Source of the DNA: an uncultured Spirochaetota bacterium
Lineage (GTDB): Bacteria; Spirochaetota; Spirochaetia; SZUA-6; Fen-1364
Assembly (NCBI GenBank): GCA_963745235.1
Contig: CAVUXE010000028.1
Coordinates: 64,001-128,000, forward strand
Length of the DNA: 64,000 nucleotides
Reading direction: 5' to 3'
This document shows positions 19,763 through 31,851 of this stretch, in pieces. Within the stretch, counting starts at the first letter, position 1. Each line of letters opens with the position of its first letter. Under the pieces are notes generated by a model. That model saw only the letters and a list, made by a program, of their open reading frames with translations. It ran no database searches and had not been told where the DNA came from. Position numbers and translations under genes: made by a program.

Positions 19763-21296
19763 ATGGCTGAAGGTCTCCTGGAAGTTGCCGGCATAAGCAA
19801 GTCTTATGCCGGCAACCCTGCTGTGCAGGAAGTCGATCTTGCGCTCCAGGCAGGAAGGGTGCACGCTCTTGTCGGAGAAAACGGGGCGGGAAAATCAACT
19901 CTTGCCAAGATCATCTCCGGCGGAATTCCCTATGACAGCGGCTCTTTGCGGTACAACGGGTTGCGCTACCGTCCTCTCTCTCCTGCTGAAGCGCAGCAGG
20001 CCGGCATCGTGACTGTCCAGCAGGAGCTTTCGCTGAGCCCGTATCTCCCGGTTTATCAGAACCTCTGGCTCGGCCACGAAAGGCTGCACGGAGGTTTTCT
20101 TGTTCGAATGCGAAATCTCAGGCAGCGGAGCGCCGATCTGTGCTCACGGTTCGATGTTCATCTGGATATCAATCAATGGGCATCGGACCTTTCCCTGGAA
20201 GGGCAGCAGGTCGCTGAGATCCTGAAAGCCCTCGCGCTTGATCCCCGGGTCATCCTCCTCGACGAACCGACATCCGCTCTTGGCGCCGCCAACACGCGCT
20301 GGCTCCTTGGCCTGATCCGCAAGCTCAAGAGCCAGGGCCGCGCAGTTCTTTTCATCTCCCATCGCATGAGCGAAGTCCTCGAGATCGCTGATGACATCAC
20401 CGTCCTCAAGGACGGGCGGAAGGTAAAGACCGTTGAGAGGAGCGATGTAACCGAAGCGGACATCATCCGAATGATGGTTGGACGGGACCTCAAGGACATT
20501 TTCCCCGCCAAGCTTCCCGTCGGTTCGCTCCATTCCCTGCCCGGCTCTGCTCTCCGCGGAGCATCTTCACGCGGAAGGTGTTCATGGAGTATCGTTCGCC
20601 ATTCGGCAAGGCGAGGTTGTGGGGCTTGCTGGACTGGAAGGCCAGGGACAGCATGAGCTTCTCCTCACCCTGTTCGGATTGCAGCCTGTGCACAGCGGCA
20701 CCATCGCGCTGCCCTCCGGGGGCACGCTCGCGCACTCGCCCACAAGCTCCATTCGGGATGGAATCGCTTTTGTGCCCGTGGATCGTCGGACCGAAGGAAT
20801 CGTTCTGCCGCTGAGCGTTGCCGAGAACATAGCACTCTCGACGCTCGATCGGCGCAGCCTGTGGGGCTGGGTGAAGATCAAATTGGAGCAGGAAATGGTT
20901 CGGGATACAATTCGAGACCTGGCTATCCGAACGCCCGGTCCGAACGCGCCGGTGGAATACTTGAGCGGCGGCAATCAGCAGAAGGTCGCCCTTGGTAAAT
21001 GGCTGGTCGCGCACCCTCGTATTCTCCTGCTGGATGATCCAACCCGCGGTGTGGACATAGAGACCCGGCGTGACATCTATTATCGCATCCGAGAGCTTGG
21101 TTCGCAGGGGGTCGGCATCCTCCTGAACTCAACGGATACGATCGAGCTCGTCGGGCTTTGTGATCGCGTTTTTGTCATGTACGAGGGGAGAATTGCGCTG
21201 GAGCTGGTGGGATCAGAGATTACCGAGGAGGGCATTGTGAGCGCGGCGGTCGGGCTGAAAAGGAATTCAGATACATCACATGAAAACAAAAAGTAG
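19763..21296 (+). CDS. Sugar ABC transporter ATP-binding protein with two NBDs (frameshift near 20540)
   Basis: [31 protein letters not shown]. Confidence 0.9.
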
Positions 21297-22275
21297 CTCC
21301 GCGTTGCAAAGCCCATTCAGCGTCTCGCTGTCCCACGCGTGGCCTGTCATCATCATCTATCTCGTCTTCCTTGTCCTGATGCTCCTTCTCGGCATGACAA
21401 GCCCGTTCTTTTCATCTCCGGTAGCAGTGAACAACCTTCTCGGCTCGGCGCTTCCCTTGGCGTTTGCGGCCCTTGCCCAAATGGTCGTTGTGCTTGTGAA
21501 GGGGATAGATCTCTCTGTCGGGCCGGCCATGAGCGTGGTCATGGTCGTGGCGGCATCCCTCGCCAAAGACACGGTTCCGAGCACCGCGGGAGTATACGTT
21601 TTGTGTCTGGCCATTGGGCTCGCCATAGGCGCGGCAAACGGTTTTTTCGTCGTGGTGACCCGGCTCCAACCGATCATCGTAACACTCGCCACTTCATCGG
21701 TTCTCGGCGGCATCGCCCTCTATATATTGCCGGAGCCCGGCGGGCACATTCCGAGCGCCGTCGGCGCTTTTGTAACTGGCAGCATCGGGGTTGTTCCGGT
21801 CTCCCTGATTATTCTCCTTGGCAGCCTTCTGGTCTTCTGGCTGCCTTTTCGCCGCTCCTGGATCGGGCAATCGTGGTATGCGGTGGGGGGCAATGAAACA
21901 GGGGCGTTTTATTCCGGCATCAATGTAAGGCTCGCAAAATTCAGCGCCTTTCTTTTGGGAGGCTTATTCTCCGCGTTGGGCGGCTTGGCTCTTGCGTCGC
22001 AGACTTTGACTGGCGACCCGATGATTGGCGCGCCCTACACTCTCAACTCGATCGCGGCGGTCGTGCTCGGGGGCACGAGCCTCGCGGGAGGCCGGGGCGG
22101 CGCGGTTGGCACGATCGGCGGCGTGCTTGTACTGACAGTGCTCGTGGATCTTTTGTTCTTCTTCAATGTTTCCGCCTACTACCAATACGTGTTCAATGGC
22201 GCCATCGTTATCCTGGCGCTGGTTGCCGTGGCACTGTCGGATTTCTTCCGTTCGCGGCGTCTTCGCGCCGGATAG
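21280..22275 (+). CDS. Ribose-type ABC permease
   Basis: GIDLSVG, YAVGGN, IAAVVLGGTSL.GG.G. Confidence 0.9.
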   Translation: MKTKSSSALQSPFSVSLSHAWPVIIIYLVFLVLMLLLGMTSPFFSSPVAVNNLLGSALPLAFAALAQMVVVLVKGIDLSVGPAMSVVMVVAASLAKDTVPSTAGVYVLCLAIGLAIGAANGFFVVVTRLQPIIVTLATSSVLGGIALYILPEPGGHIPSAVGAFVTGSIGVVPVSLIILLGSLLVFWLPFRRSWIGQSWYAVGGNETGAFYSGINVRLAKFSAFLLGGLFSALGGLALASQTLTGDPMIGAPYTLNSIAAVVLGGTSLAGGRGGAVGTIGGVLVLTVLVDLLFFFNVSAYYQYVFNGAIVILALVAVALSDFFRSRRLRAG

Positions 22276-22319
22276 GGCTCGAAAGGGACCGGAATGGGAT
22301 TCGTTCCTGAAGGACTTTG

Positions 22320-23285
22320 ATGGAAACATTAGTCACCAAAGCAGCTCCCCGGAGGCAACGCATTCCTTCCAGCGTGTGGCCGTATATTGCGGCCGCCCTT
22401 CTTATCGTCCTGGGTACGATGATCTCCCGGGGGTTTGCCGCTCCCGACCATCTCCTCTCGATCCTCAACCTCGCTTCCTTTCTCGGGTTGGTCGCCGCGG
22501 GTCAGGGCCTTGTGATTCTGAGCGGCGGAATCGATCTTTCCGTGAGCTCCGTGATGACGCTTTCCGGCGTTGTCTCTGCCACTCTCATGGCAGGCTCAAA
22601 CGAGCATCTTTTCGTCGGAGTTGTCGTCTGCATTGCCCTTGGCACCCTGATCGGCTTCCTCAACGGAATCGGGGTGGCTTTTCTCAAGATTCACCCCCTT
22701 GTGATGACTCTCGGAATGACGAGCATCGTGCAGGGGGCAGCGCTTCTCTATACAAACGGCGCACCGAAGGGAAATGCCGCGCCGGCGTTGAGTCAATTGG
22801 CCACCGGGAGGTTGTGGGGGACCCTGCCCGCCGTCCTGCTTCTCTGGGCCGCGATTGCGGCCATCATCATCCTCTCAACGCGACGTTCCGTCTGGGGACG
22901 ATGGGTTTATGCTGTTGGCAATTCTCCCAAGGCTGCGTACTACTCGGGAATTCGGGTCCCCTGGGTGCTCGTGAGCCTCTACGTTGTTTCGAGCATCCTT
23001 GCTACTTTCGCCGGCCTTTTGCTCACGGGCTATACGAGGACAAGCTACCTCAACATTGGTGACCCTTTTCAGCTGAACTCCATTGCCGCCGTCGTTATCG
23101 GAGGGTCATCCATCCTCGGAGGCTCTGGAAGCTACACGGGCACCATCGCAGGCTGCATAATCATGCTCCTGATTCAGGCTCTCCTGCCCATTCTTTCAAT
23201 CCCCGAAGCCGGTCGCCGAATAATCTCGGGAGCGCTCATCCTTGTCCTACTGTTGATCTATGGTCGGGAGCAGAGAAGGCGATAG
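22320..23285 (+). CDS. Ribose-type ABC permease
   Basis: GGIDLSV, YAVGNS, IAAVVIGG. Confidence 0.9.
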   Translation: METLVTKAAPRRQRIPSSVWPYIAAALLIVLGTMISRGFAAPDHLLSILNLASFLGLVAAGQGLVILSGGIDLSVSSVMTLSGVVSATLMAGSNEHLFVGVVVCIALGTLIGFLNGIGVAFLKIHPLVMTLGMTSIVQGAALLYTNGAPKGNAAPALSQLATGRLWGTLPAVLLLWAAIAAIIILSTRRSVWGRWVYAVGNSPKAAYYSGIRVPWVLVSLYVVSSILATFAGLLLTGYTRTSYLNIGDPFQLNSIAAVVIGGSSILGGSGSYTGTIAGCIIMLLIQALLPILSIPEAGRRIISGALILVLLLIYGREQRRR

Positions 23286-23309
23286 TTCTGGACGGCTCGG
23301 CCGAAGACC

Positions 23310-24537
23310 CTACCAGTTGTGGACCGCTCCATCTCTGTCCTGAAGCAGAGGCATGTAGCTTTCTTTGTACGGAAATCGAGAGGCGCTTTCCTCATCGACC
23401 CGGACTCCGAGACCCGGAGCGTCTTCCAGCGTGACACAACCGTCGGAATAACTGTATCGCCAGGCAAAAACCTGCCGCGCCCGAGAATCCGGTTCGCACA
23501 AACTCCTGGATGCCGAAGTTCACGATGGCAGCATCGATGTGCATATTCGCGGAATGGGCCAGTGGCGAGATGTCGGAAGGACCATGAAATGCCATGCTGA
23601 CCTGGTAGGCATCCGCCAGCGTGGAAGCCTTCATGAGGCCGGTAATCCCTCCGGCGTGGCTCACATCGACTCTCAGGTAGTCAATCCAGTGGCGCTGGAG
23701 CGCAGGGAGATATTCCTGGGCGGTCACCCACAGTTCCCCCATGCCGATGGGAGTGCAGGAAGAAGCACGAACTACCCCGAGACCCTGGGAGTGCGGCTCG
23801 ACCGGGTCCTCCAGGTAGAGCAGGTTGTACGGTTCCAGCCGTTTGGCAACCGTGGCTGCCTGAATTGGTGTCAGGCGCTGATGTACATCATGGATCAGCT
23901 GAACATCAGGACCCAACTCTCGTCGAAGGATCTCCGTGACGCGCGGGAGATCCTTCATGTAGACGCTCGAATCCCAGCAGGGCGGTTGGCGCAGCGCATC
24001 AAGAGAAGCCTCGAGCCTGTCACCGCCGGCAACGTCCTGATGCGGTTGGCGGTGCGCCAATCCAGGCTCGAACGGATCCGGTGTTTCGAAGCTATAGCGC
24101 ACGGCTGTGCACCCGGCCGCCATGGTCTGGCGGCACCTTCCCACAAGCTCCTCATCCGTTTTCCCATGCGCGTGGAAATACACACGTACCCGGTCACGCG
24201 ACTTTCCGCCCAGCAGGCTGTAGAGCGGCGCTCCAAGCTTCTTTCCCTTCAAGTCCCACAACGCCATGTCGATCCCCGAGAGGGCAGTCATGAGGATGGC
24301 GCCCCCGCGCCAGTACTGCTGGCGGGTCACTGACTGCCAGATCTTCTCGATTGCATCAGTATCCCAACCCCTCAGCCAGCTGCTCAGATGGTGATCAAGA
24401 AGAGACTGGACAGCCAGCTCCCTACCATTCAAAGTGGCATCGCCGTACCCCACGAGCCCGTTGTCCGCGGTGATCTTCACAATCAGGTAGTTCCTGTCAG
24501 GACAAGTGAGGATGGTCCGTATTTCTTCAAGACGCAT
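23310..24537 (-). CDS. ManD/RspA-like mannonate/gluconate dehydratase, enolase superfamily (frameshift near 23495)
   Basis: TCP.RN, GDATLNGRELAV, YWRGG, HDVH.RLTP, EDP, GE, FHGPSDISP, NFGIQE, C-terminal DGAVHNW. Confidence 0.88.
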
Positions 24538-24550
24538 TCTTTGAGCGCTC

Positions 24551-25634
24551 CTATCCCCGAGTCGTCCTGGAACGCACGTGATCCATCAGTCCCGCGGCCC
24601 TCTCCACGGAGGGAGAAAGGATGCTCAAAGCAACGCGATGATCAGGCAACTCGTCGAGTATGGTGTCTACATCCTGCTGCGAAAGTTCTCCCCATACAAC
24701 AAGGTTCTTCTCCTGCTGTATCCGGGCCAGGACGGGAATCATACGTTCGACACTCGGGCCTCCTATGTCCTTGTTGACTTCAATTGCACTCAGCCCGCCA
24801 ATCCCCAACAATTGGTCGAGTAGAAAAAACGATGAAGGATGAAGGTGGACCACAGTGTAGTCATGGTCATGGCAGATCAACTCGTCCGCTCCCTTGAGAA
24901 AGCGGCTGTAGTAATCCGGGGAAAGGAGCGCCGAAAGGTCCTCCTGAAACCAGATGCATTTCCCGGGCGTCCATAGATGATAGAAGCCAATCGACGCGCC
25001 GCCATGATACGCGGGAACCTCGCGCTGTTGGCGTCTGATGACGTCCAGGAAGATCTCCGCGACCTTCTGAAAGACACTGCGCATCTGGTCAGGGAAGTCG
25101 GCCATCAAGAGGACCATAGTGCTCTGTCCAACGAGGGCCCCGACGATGTCCGACGGTCCCCGCATGATGGGCTGACCGACGGGGAAGCGCCCAGCTGACA
25201 CGGTGACGAGCTTGCGCGTGAACTCCAGGTACTTCCCAAGCCAGGGGTCGTCCGCATCCAGACAAATGCTTTGAAGTTGCTCCACGGTGCTCATGCAGGG
25301 CTCGGTGAACAAAGCGCCGACGCTGCCATAAACAGCACAACCGAGCATCGCTTCCATCCAGGGAATGCCGGTGAACGGCTCAGCGGTGAAAATGCCGTTC
25401 TGTCCCGTTGCCTCGGATTCGCGCCACATTCTCTCATAGTCCGCAATGAAATCTTCTACCGTGATCATCTCCGGCCCAATGCGCACGTGGTCCCGGAAGA
25501 AGGGGTCGGGCTGCCTGGAACTGCCGGCTGACGAGCGTGTCCCCGATGTGGAATGAGACAAGAGGCATGCTCATGGACCGTCTCTCCCAGTAGTCGCGGT
25601 GCAGCTCAATGGCCTTCAGCAATTGTGGACTCAT
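24551..25634 (-). CDS. Divergent UroD/methyltransferase-fold protein (frameshift near 25495)
   Basis: IPWMEAMLGC, MRGPSD, QED.SALLSP..Y..F, HLH. Confidence 0.65.
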
Positions 25635-25694
25635 GCCGCATTCACCTTTCGAAAGATCTTCTGGGTGCAAGAAACACCGCGGTGAAAAGAACGA

Positions 25695-25815
25695 TGCCAT
25701 GGATGACGGCAACCGCAAGCGATTCGTCGACATTTGGTAGGGGTCACCCATGCCAAGGTACATCTGTCCCGGTAGGCCGGCAAGCAACATTCCGGTGAGG
25801 CCCGCCTTGCGCCGG
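25695..25815 (-). pseudogene. Remnant of a ribose-type ABC permease
   Basis: AGLTGMLLAG..GQMYLGMGDPYQM resembles FAGLLLTGY..SYLNIGDPFQL of the 22320 permease. Confidence 0.55.
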
Positions 25816-26055
25816 TGATGCCCACCTGGATCCCTTGAAAGCGTACTTGCGCTGAGGGCTTTCCGCGGAGTTGACCTAGCGCTCGCTGCGGGCGATACTC
25901 GACGACGCGAGACACTTCCTCGAGAAGGAGTCCACAACAAGAGGGAACACATCTATGAGAAAACTTGTCATCCGACCTTTGGCCCGACTCGAGCAGGTGC
26001 GCGCGCTGGCCAAAGGCGGCGGAGCGCGGGTGATCCGATAGAAGAGCAGCCTTGG

Positions 26056-27549
26056 ATGTCGTCCCCGCTGGTTTTCTCCGTCGATGTGGGAAGCTCCTCC
26101 GTCCGCGCGGGTCTCTTCGATGCCCAATGCCGGGCCGTGAACGGTACGGGAAGCAGGCGGCCCCACAGGTTTGTTTTCTCCGCCGGAGGCCGCGCGGAGG
26201 CGAATGCTGACGAGCTGGCCGGACTCGTTGAAGCATGCATCGATGAATCCCTGGAGCGGCTGGCCGGTCTCCGGCTGGATGCGACGGTAGTGGCCGTGTC
26301 CTTCTGCACATTCCTCCACGGCATGATCGGCGCCGACCGCGATGGCAAAGCCCTCACGCCCGTGATGACCTGGGCAGACACCCGCTCCGCGGACCAGGCG
26401 GCCCGGCTCTCTGTCATGCTGGACCCGGGGGAAGTCTTACAGCGGACAGGCTGCCCGCTTCACCCCGTCTATTTCCCCGCCAAGATCCTGTGGATCAAGG
26501 AGAACCAACCCCAGCTGTTCCAGAAGATCGACTGGTGGTGCTCCATCGGTGAATACTGCATCCGGCGTTTCACCGGCCGAAGATTTTGCAGCTTGTCCAT
26601 GGCTTCGGCTTTCGGGCTTTTCAACCGAAGGACTTCAGGCTGGGACAAGGAGCTCCTTCGAACCCTCGGATTGGAAGAAACGCACCTTTCTACTCTGGCA
26701 GGAATGAGCTCTCCGGCCCAATGCCGTCCACCCTTTGCAGCGCGTTGGCCAAAGCTGCGTGACACAGCGTGGTTTCCCGCCCTCGGGGACGGCACGTGCA
26801 GCAGTGTCGGATGCGGATGCGCTGTCCCGCAGCGCGCGGCCCTCATGATCGGCACAACCGGTGCACTCCGCGCAGTACGCGCGGCGGGCGACTCTCACGT
26901 TCCCACGGGTCTGTGGTGCTACCGCATGGACCATGCTTGGGAGCAGATCGGGGGCGTTCTTGGGGACGGAGGAAACCTGTTCGAGTGGATGAACGGTGCC
27001 TTGAATATCGGGCTTGGACCTGAAGAGATCGAACGGGCGCTCCTGGCAGCCAAACCGGCAGGCCACGGCCTGACCATCCTTCCCTTCTTCACAGGGGAGC
27101 GCAGCACGGGGTGGAATCCGCACGCGCGTGGCACGGTAGGCGGCCTGACCCTGGAGACGAGCGCCCTGGATATCCTGCAAGCCAGCATGGAGGCCGTGGC
27201 CTATCGATTTGCGGCAATCATGAAGCTGTTGCGGCCCGTCGTGCCCGCAATGCGGGAAGTCATTTGCACCGGAGGAGCGCTTCTGGCGTCCGCCTCATGG
27301 GCGCAGATCCTCGCCGATGTCCTGGAAGTCCCGCTCGCATGCGCAGATGAACCGGAAGCCTCCAGCCGGGGCGCCGCTCTCCTGGCGCTGGAAGCCCTCG
27401 GGCACCTCACAAGGGCTGATGTGCCGGGCCCGCCCGTCGCGCGGACGCTCTTCCCGCGCGCCGGCGCGGCCGAAGCTCACCGTGCCGCGCTTCGCGAACA
27501 GGAGCGCCTGCGGGAGGCGGTGCTCGGCGTCAAGCAGGCCTCCCCGTAA
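26056..27549 (+). CDS. gntK: FGGY-family carbohydrate kinase, gluconokinase-like
   Basis: DVGSSS, TWADTRS, RTGCPLHP, GDG, GTTGALR, GLWCYR, PFFTGERS.GW. Confidence 0.82.
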   Translation: MSSPLVFSVDVGSSSVRAGLFDAQCRAVNGTGSRRPHRFVFSAGGRAEANADELAGLVEACIDESLERLAGLRLDATVVAVSFCTFLHGMIGADRDGKALTPVMTWADTRSADQAARLSVMLDPGEVLQRTGCPLHPVYFPAKILWIKENQPQLFQKIDWWCSIGEYCIRRFTGRRFCSLSMASAFGLFNRRTSGWDKELLRTLGLEETHLSTLAGMSSPAQCRPPFAARWPKLRDTAWFPALGDGTCSSVGCGCAVPQRAALMIGTTGALRAVRAAGDSHVPTGLWCYRMDHAWEQIGGVLGDGGNLFEWMNGALNIGLGPEEIERALLAAKPAGHGLTILPFFTGERSTGWNPHARGTVGGLTLETSALDILQASMEAVAYRFAAIMKLLRPVVPAMREVICTGGALLASASWAQILADVLEVPLACADEPEASSRGAALLALEALGHLTRADVPGPPVARTLFPRAGAAEAHRAALREQERLREAVLGVKQASP

Positions 27550-27616
27550 TCGCAAAGATGCTTGATCACGTGAGCGTGCGGGTCAATGATGGTGAATGCG
27601 GCCACAGGGAAGCCGT

Positions 27617-28270
27617 TCACGGCTCCATCTTGTACACCATGGAAGCAATAGCCTTGGCCGAGGCAATATGGGCCCGCATCGCCTCCACGGCTCCGTCGGC
27701 GTCCCCATCCAGCATCCTCTCGAGGATCATGGCGTGCTCCTTGTTGCTCGCCGGAAGACGATCCCGGACCCGGGCTCCCAGGACGACGATGCGCATGTTC
27801 TGGGAGAGCACGGAGCTCATGAGGCGGACGAGGTAGACGTTTTCGGTCCGCTCGGCGAAGTAATTGTGCATCTCGAAGTCGCTGCGGATGATCGAGTCGG
27901 GATCCGACTTCTCTTTTGTAAAGATTCTGTGGTATTTCGCGAGCCTGTCCTTCTCCGCGGCCGGCGTTGCAAGGCGCACAATGAGCGGCTCGATGTTCTC
28001 CCGCACCGTATAGATCTGGCTGACTTCACTCAGGGAGATCGGGGCCACGATGACGCCGCGCCGGGGCATCACGACGAGAAGACCCTCAGCTTCCAGGGCG
28101 TTGACCGCCTCGCGTACCGGCGTGCGGCTGACGCCGATCTCCTTCATCAGCTCATTCTGGTCCACCACGGCCCCGGGCATCAGCTCGCAGGTGACGATCC
28201 TGCCCTTCAGGACCTCGTACGCCCTGGCGCCCAGCTTCGGGAAACCTCCGCCGTTCGCGAGACCAGCCAT
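27617..28270 (-). CDS. GntR-family regulator (FCD)
   Basis: GVSRTPVREA..L..EGL....PRRG. Confidence 0.9.
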   Translation of the reverse strand: MAGLANGGGFPKLGARAYEVLKGRIVTCELMPGAVVDQNELMKEIGVSRTPVREAVNALEAEGLLVVMPRRGVIVAPISLSEVSQIYTVRENIEPLIVRLATPAAEKDRLAKYHRIFTKEKSDPDSIIRSDFEMHNYFAERTENVYLVRLMSSVLSQNMRIVVLGARVRDRLPASNKEHAMILERMLDGDADGAVEAMRAHIASAKAIASMVYKMEP

Positions 28271-28300
28271 CAGGTTGCCCTCCCAGAACGCCCCACGTTC

Positions 28301-29252
28301 TTAGAACGCCGCACGCTTCTTTCCTTTCGGCACGGAGGCCACGAGGATGATCATCAGGAGCCCGCCCTGGATGATCCGCTGGAACGACGCGGGAAGCATC
28401 GTGAGGTTGAGAAAGGCCACCATCATCGTCAGGAGCAGGGAGCCTGCCACAGCCCCTGCCACGCTGGACTTGCCGCCCGCGGCGCTCGTTCCGCCGATCA
28501 CCGTGGCCGCTACCGAAGTCATGAGATATGCCACGCCCACGTCCTGGGACGCGCCGCCGAAGTACCCGCCCATGAGGGTACCCGTGATGCCCGCCAGGAC
28601 GCTGCTGACAACGAACGCGGTGATCACAACGCCCACGACGTTGATCCCGGCCAACGCCGCGGAGGTCCTGTTCTGCCCCACAGCGTGGAGGCGCTTTCCG
28701 AACTTTGTGCGGTACATGATGACGCCCATCACGAAGGCTGCGGCGGCGGCCACGTAGATCATGGGAGACAGGCCGAAAATCCTCAGCTTCTGCGTGAAGA
28801 ACGCGACGCTCGCGGAAGGCATGCCCGTGGTCATGCGGGAGACGATCAGCACGACGGAATAAACGATGAAGCCGACGGCAAGCGTCGTAATCATGGGAGG
28901 CACGCGAAGGTACAGGTTGATAACGCCGATCAGGATTCCGATGAGCGACGCACACGGCAAGGGAGGCGGCCAGGCCGGCGAGGATCCCGTAGTCTGACGT
29001 CAGCATCGAGGAAATGTAGGCAGCAAGCGCCACGGTGTACTGGCTCGACAGGTCGATGGCGCCGTTGCCGCTCGTGATGACCGTCATCTGGCCCAGGCTC
29101 AGGAGCACGAGGAAGCTGCCGAGGGTCGCGCTCACCGATATCATATGCAGGGAAAGCTGTCCTGTCATGATGCTGATGACGATCCACAGGGCAATCGAAC
29201 CAGCCACGGACCAGACCCAGACGTTCCTGCCAACGAAGTGCCCGAGCCTCAT
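28301..29252 (-). CDS. Ribose-type ABC permease (frameshift near 28950)
   Basis: GNGAIDLS, LHAVGQN, VAATVIGG. Confidence 0.85.
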
Positions 29253-31727
29253 TTTCTCACCTCCATACGGGCGCTCACCAGCTTCAGGGCCAGCGCGGCA
29301 ATCAGGATCAGGCCGGTCACGGCGCTCTGCATATTCGAATCGATCCCGATGAAGGTAAGGAGGAACGAGATGCTGGAAATGCCCAGCGCGGCCATCACCA
29401 CGCCGACGGGTGAGCTTATCCCCCCGAAGAAGCTGCACCCTCCGAGAATGATGGTGGCGATGCTGAGCATGTTGTACGCCCTGCTGGAGTTGGCGTCCCC
29501 GCTGCTGGCGATTGCCGTCAGCATGAAAGCGCCTATCACCGTCATCAACCCGGAGAGGGCGTAGGCTACGGCCATGGCCGCGAACCGGGACCATCCGGCG
29601 CGGCTCAGGGCAGTGGGGTTGTTGCCCATGGCGTTGATGATCATGCCGTACTTGGAGCGCCTCACGATCCACCAGGAAAGAAGCGCCGCTCCTCCTGCAA
29701 TCACGATTGGCATCGGCACCACGGGGACTCGTGCGTTGTAGAAAGCGGACAGCCATGCGGGAGCGCTGCCCCCCGGGACGGGCGCGACGGTCAGGGCCAG
29801 GCCAAGCCATACGAAGGAGGCGCCGAGCGTGATGACGATGGCCGGGATGCGCGTGAAATAGATGACAGCCGCCAGGCCCGCGTATCCAAGGACCACGAGC
29901 AGCAGATACGAAGCGCCCAGACCCGGATTGCTTGTGAACACGATGGCGATGATCACGTTCAGAAGGCCGACGGACTGTCCGTTTCCAAGGTCTATTCCGC
30001 CCGTGATCACGATGAACATCTGTCCCAGCGCGATGAACACCAGGGGAATGGCGGAGGAGTACAAGAGCTGCACTCCGAGGTAGGACGTGATCCTGTGGTT
30101 GAAAGCCGAGTTGACCACGAAGATCGTGACCAGGGTGGCGAACGCGAGGAAAGCGCCGTTGTTGAAGATTCTGCGCACCGCGCCGCCGGCGCGCCTCGGG
30201 GAGCGGTTCCGCGCAATGGCTTCCTCTCCCGCGGCCCCTTTCGACTTCTCCTGAAACGACGTGGTGATGATGTTCTGCACGGAGACCTGATCTCCCACCA
30301 ACTCCCGGACTATCCTTCCTTCGTGCATGACGTAGACCCGGTCGCACTGCTCCATCTCGAGGTCTTCCGTGCTGTGCAGCAGGATGGCCTTTCCCTGCTG
30401 TCTCGCCTCGGCGAGCAGTCGGTAGATCTCCTGCTTCGTCTCCACGTCCACGCCGCTGGTTGGATCGTTCAGCAGCACGAGATCGGCTTCCGTTGCCAGG
30501 CACCGCGCGAGCAGGGCTTTCTGCTGGTTGCCCCCGGAAAGGCTGGTGATGGAGTCTCGGACTCCCCGCGCCCTGATCTTCAGCTTCTCATACCAGTACT
30601 TCGCGAGCGCCACGACCTTCCCCGTGTATACGAGACCGAAGCGGGTCACCCGGTCGAGGCTGGAGATCACGGTGTTGTCCGCGATGTCCCAGAGAGGAAA
30701 GATGCCCTCGTTGTGCCTGTCTCCGCTCGCGTAGGCAACATCCGCTTCCAGGCGAACGCCCGGGCTTCGCGTGCCGCGGGAGGCTCTGAAAACGGATTTG
30801 ATAAGCTCGGTCTGGCCGGCTCCCTGGAGGCCAGAGATCCCGACGATCTCCCCCTTTCGAACATGCAGGTTGATGTCGTGAAGCCCCTCCGTGCTGAGCC
30901 CGTGAATGCTGAGGGCAAGCGGAAGATCCAGATTTTCCTGGACCGCCGTGCGCGCGGCCTGGACCCTGCCCCCCAGGATCTCCACCAATTCACGCATGGA
31001 GGTGGATGCGCGGTAGCCCGCCCACTGCGTGGTGCCGCCCTTCATGACCACCACCCGGTGACAGACCTTCTCGATCTCATCCAGCTTGTGGGAGATGTAG
31101 ATGATGGCGATCCCCCGCTCCGCAAGGTCCCTCATTGCCGTCGTGGAGATGGGTGATCCTGTCTCCCGTCAGGGAGGAGGTGGGCTCGTCAAGCACCAGG
31201 AGTTTCAGCCCCGGCTGTGAGATGGCCTTTGCGATTTCGAGCATCTGGCGCTGCGGCAGCAGCAGGTCGCTCACCGGCGCGTACACATCGATTCCGTGGC
31301 CGGGAAAGAGCTCATCCAGGAACTTGCGGGCCACCTGCGCGCCCCGACGTCTCCATCCCGGCGCGCTGAAAGGCGCGTGGTCCACCAGGTTCACCAGGAA
31401 GTTCTCATACACCGTCAGGTTCGTGAAAAGCGAGAGCTCCTGATACGCGCAGGCCACGCCGCACTCCTTGGCCGTATTCGCGTTCAGGTCCGCGGTTGTC
31501 TTTCCGGCGGCCAGGAACGAAACGTCTCCGCTCGTAGGCGCTTCCACGCCGGTGATCACCTTGATGAGAGTGCTCTTGCCGGCGCCGTTCGGGCCGACGA
31601 GGCCGATGATCTCCCCGAGCCGGATCTCCAGGCTCATGTCTTTCAGCGCTCGCGTGGTGCCGAAGTTCTTGCAGATTGCCGTCAGCGTGAGAAAAGGACT
31701 ACGCGCCTGTGCTGCCTGATCGCTCAT
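29249..31727 (-). CDS. Fused two-NBD ABC ATPase + permease (frameshift near 31138)
   Basis: [26 protein letters not shown], followed in frame by a GGIDL permease domain. Confidence 0.82.
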
Positions 31728-31851
31728 TCGATTCGCGCCATGGTACACCTGTCCGCGGTGATATGCCAGGAACCGGTGAGAAAGTGGTTCCCGTGAGAAC
31801 CGCGGCGGGCCCCGCGTGGAGCCCGCCGTCCCTGTTCGGATGCGGTCAGTC

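Noticed and set aside
28152-30503. 783-aa minus-strand ORF
   Set aside because: Mostly off-frame Arg/Gly-rich translation. Only the stretch from 29252 to about 28950 is the real permease N-terminus.
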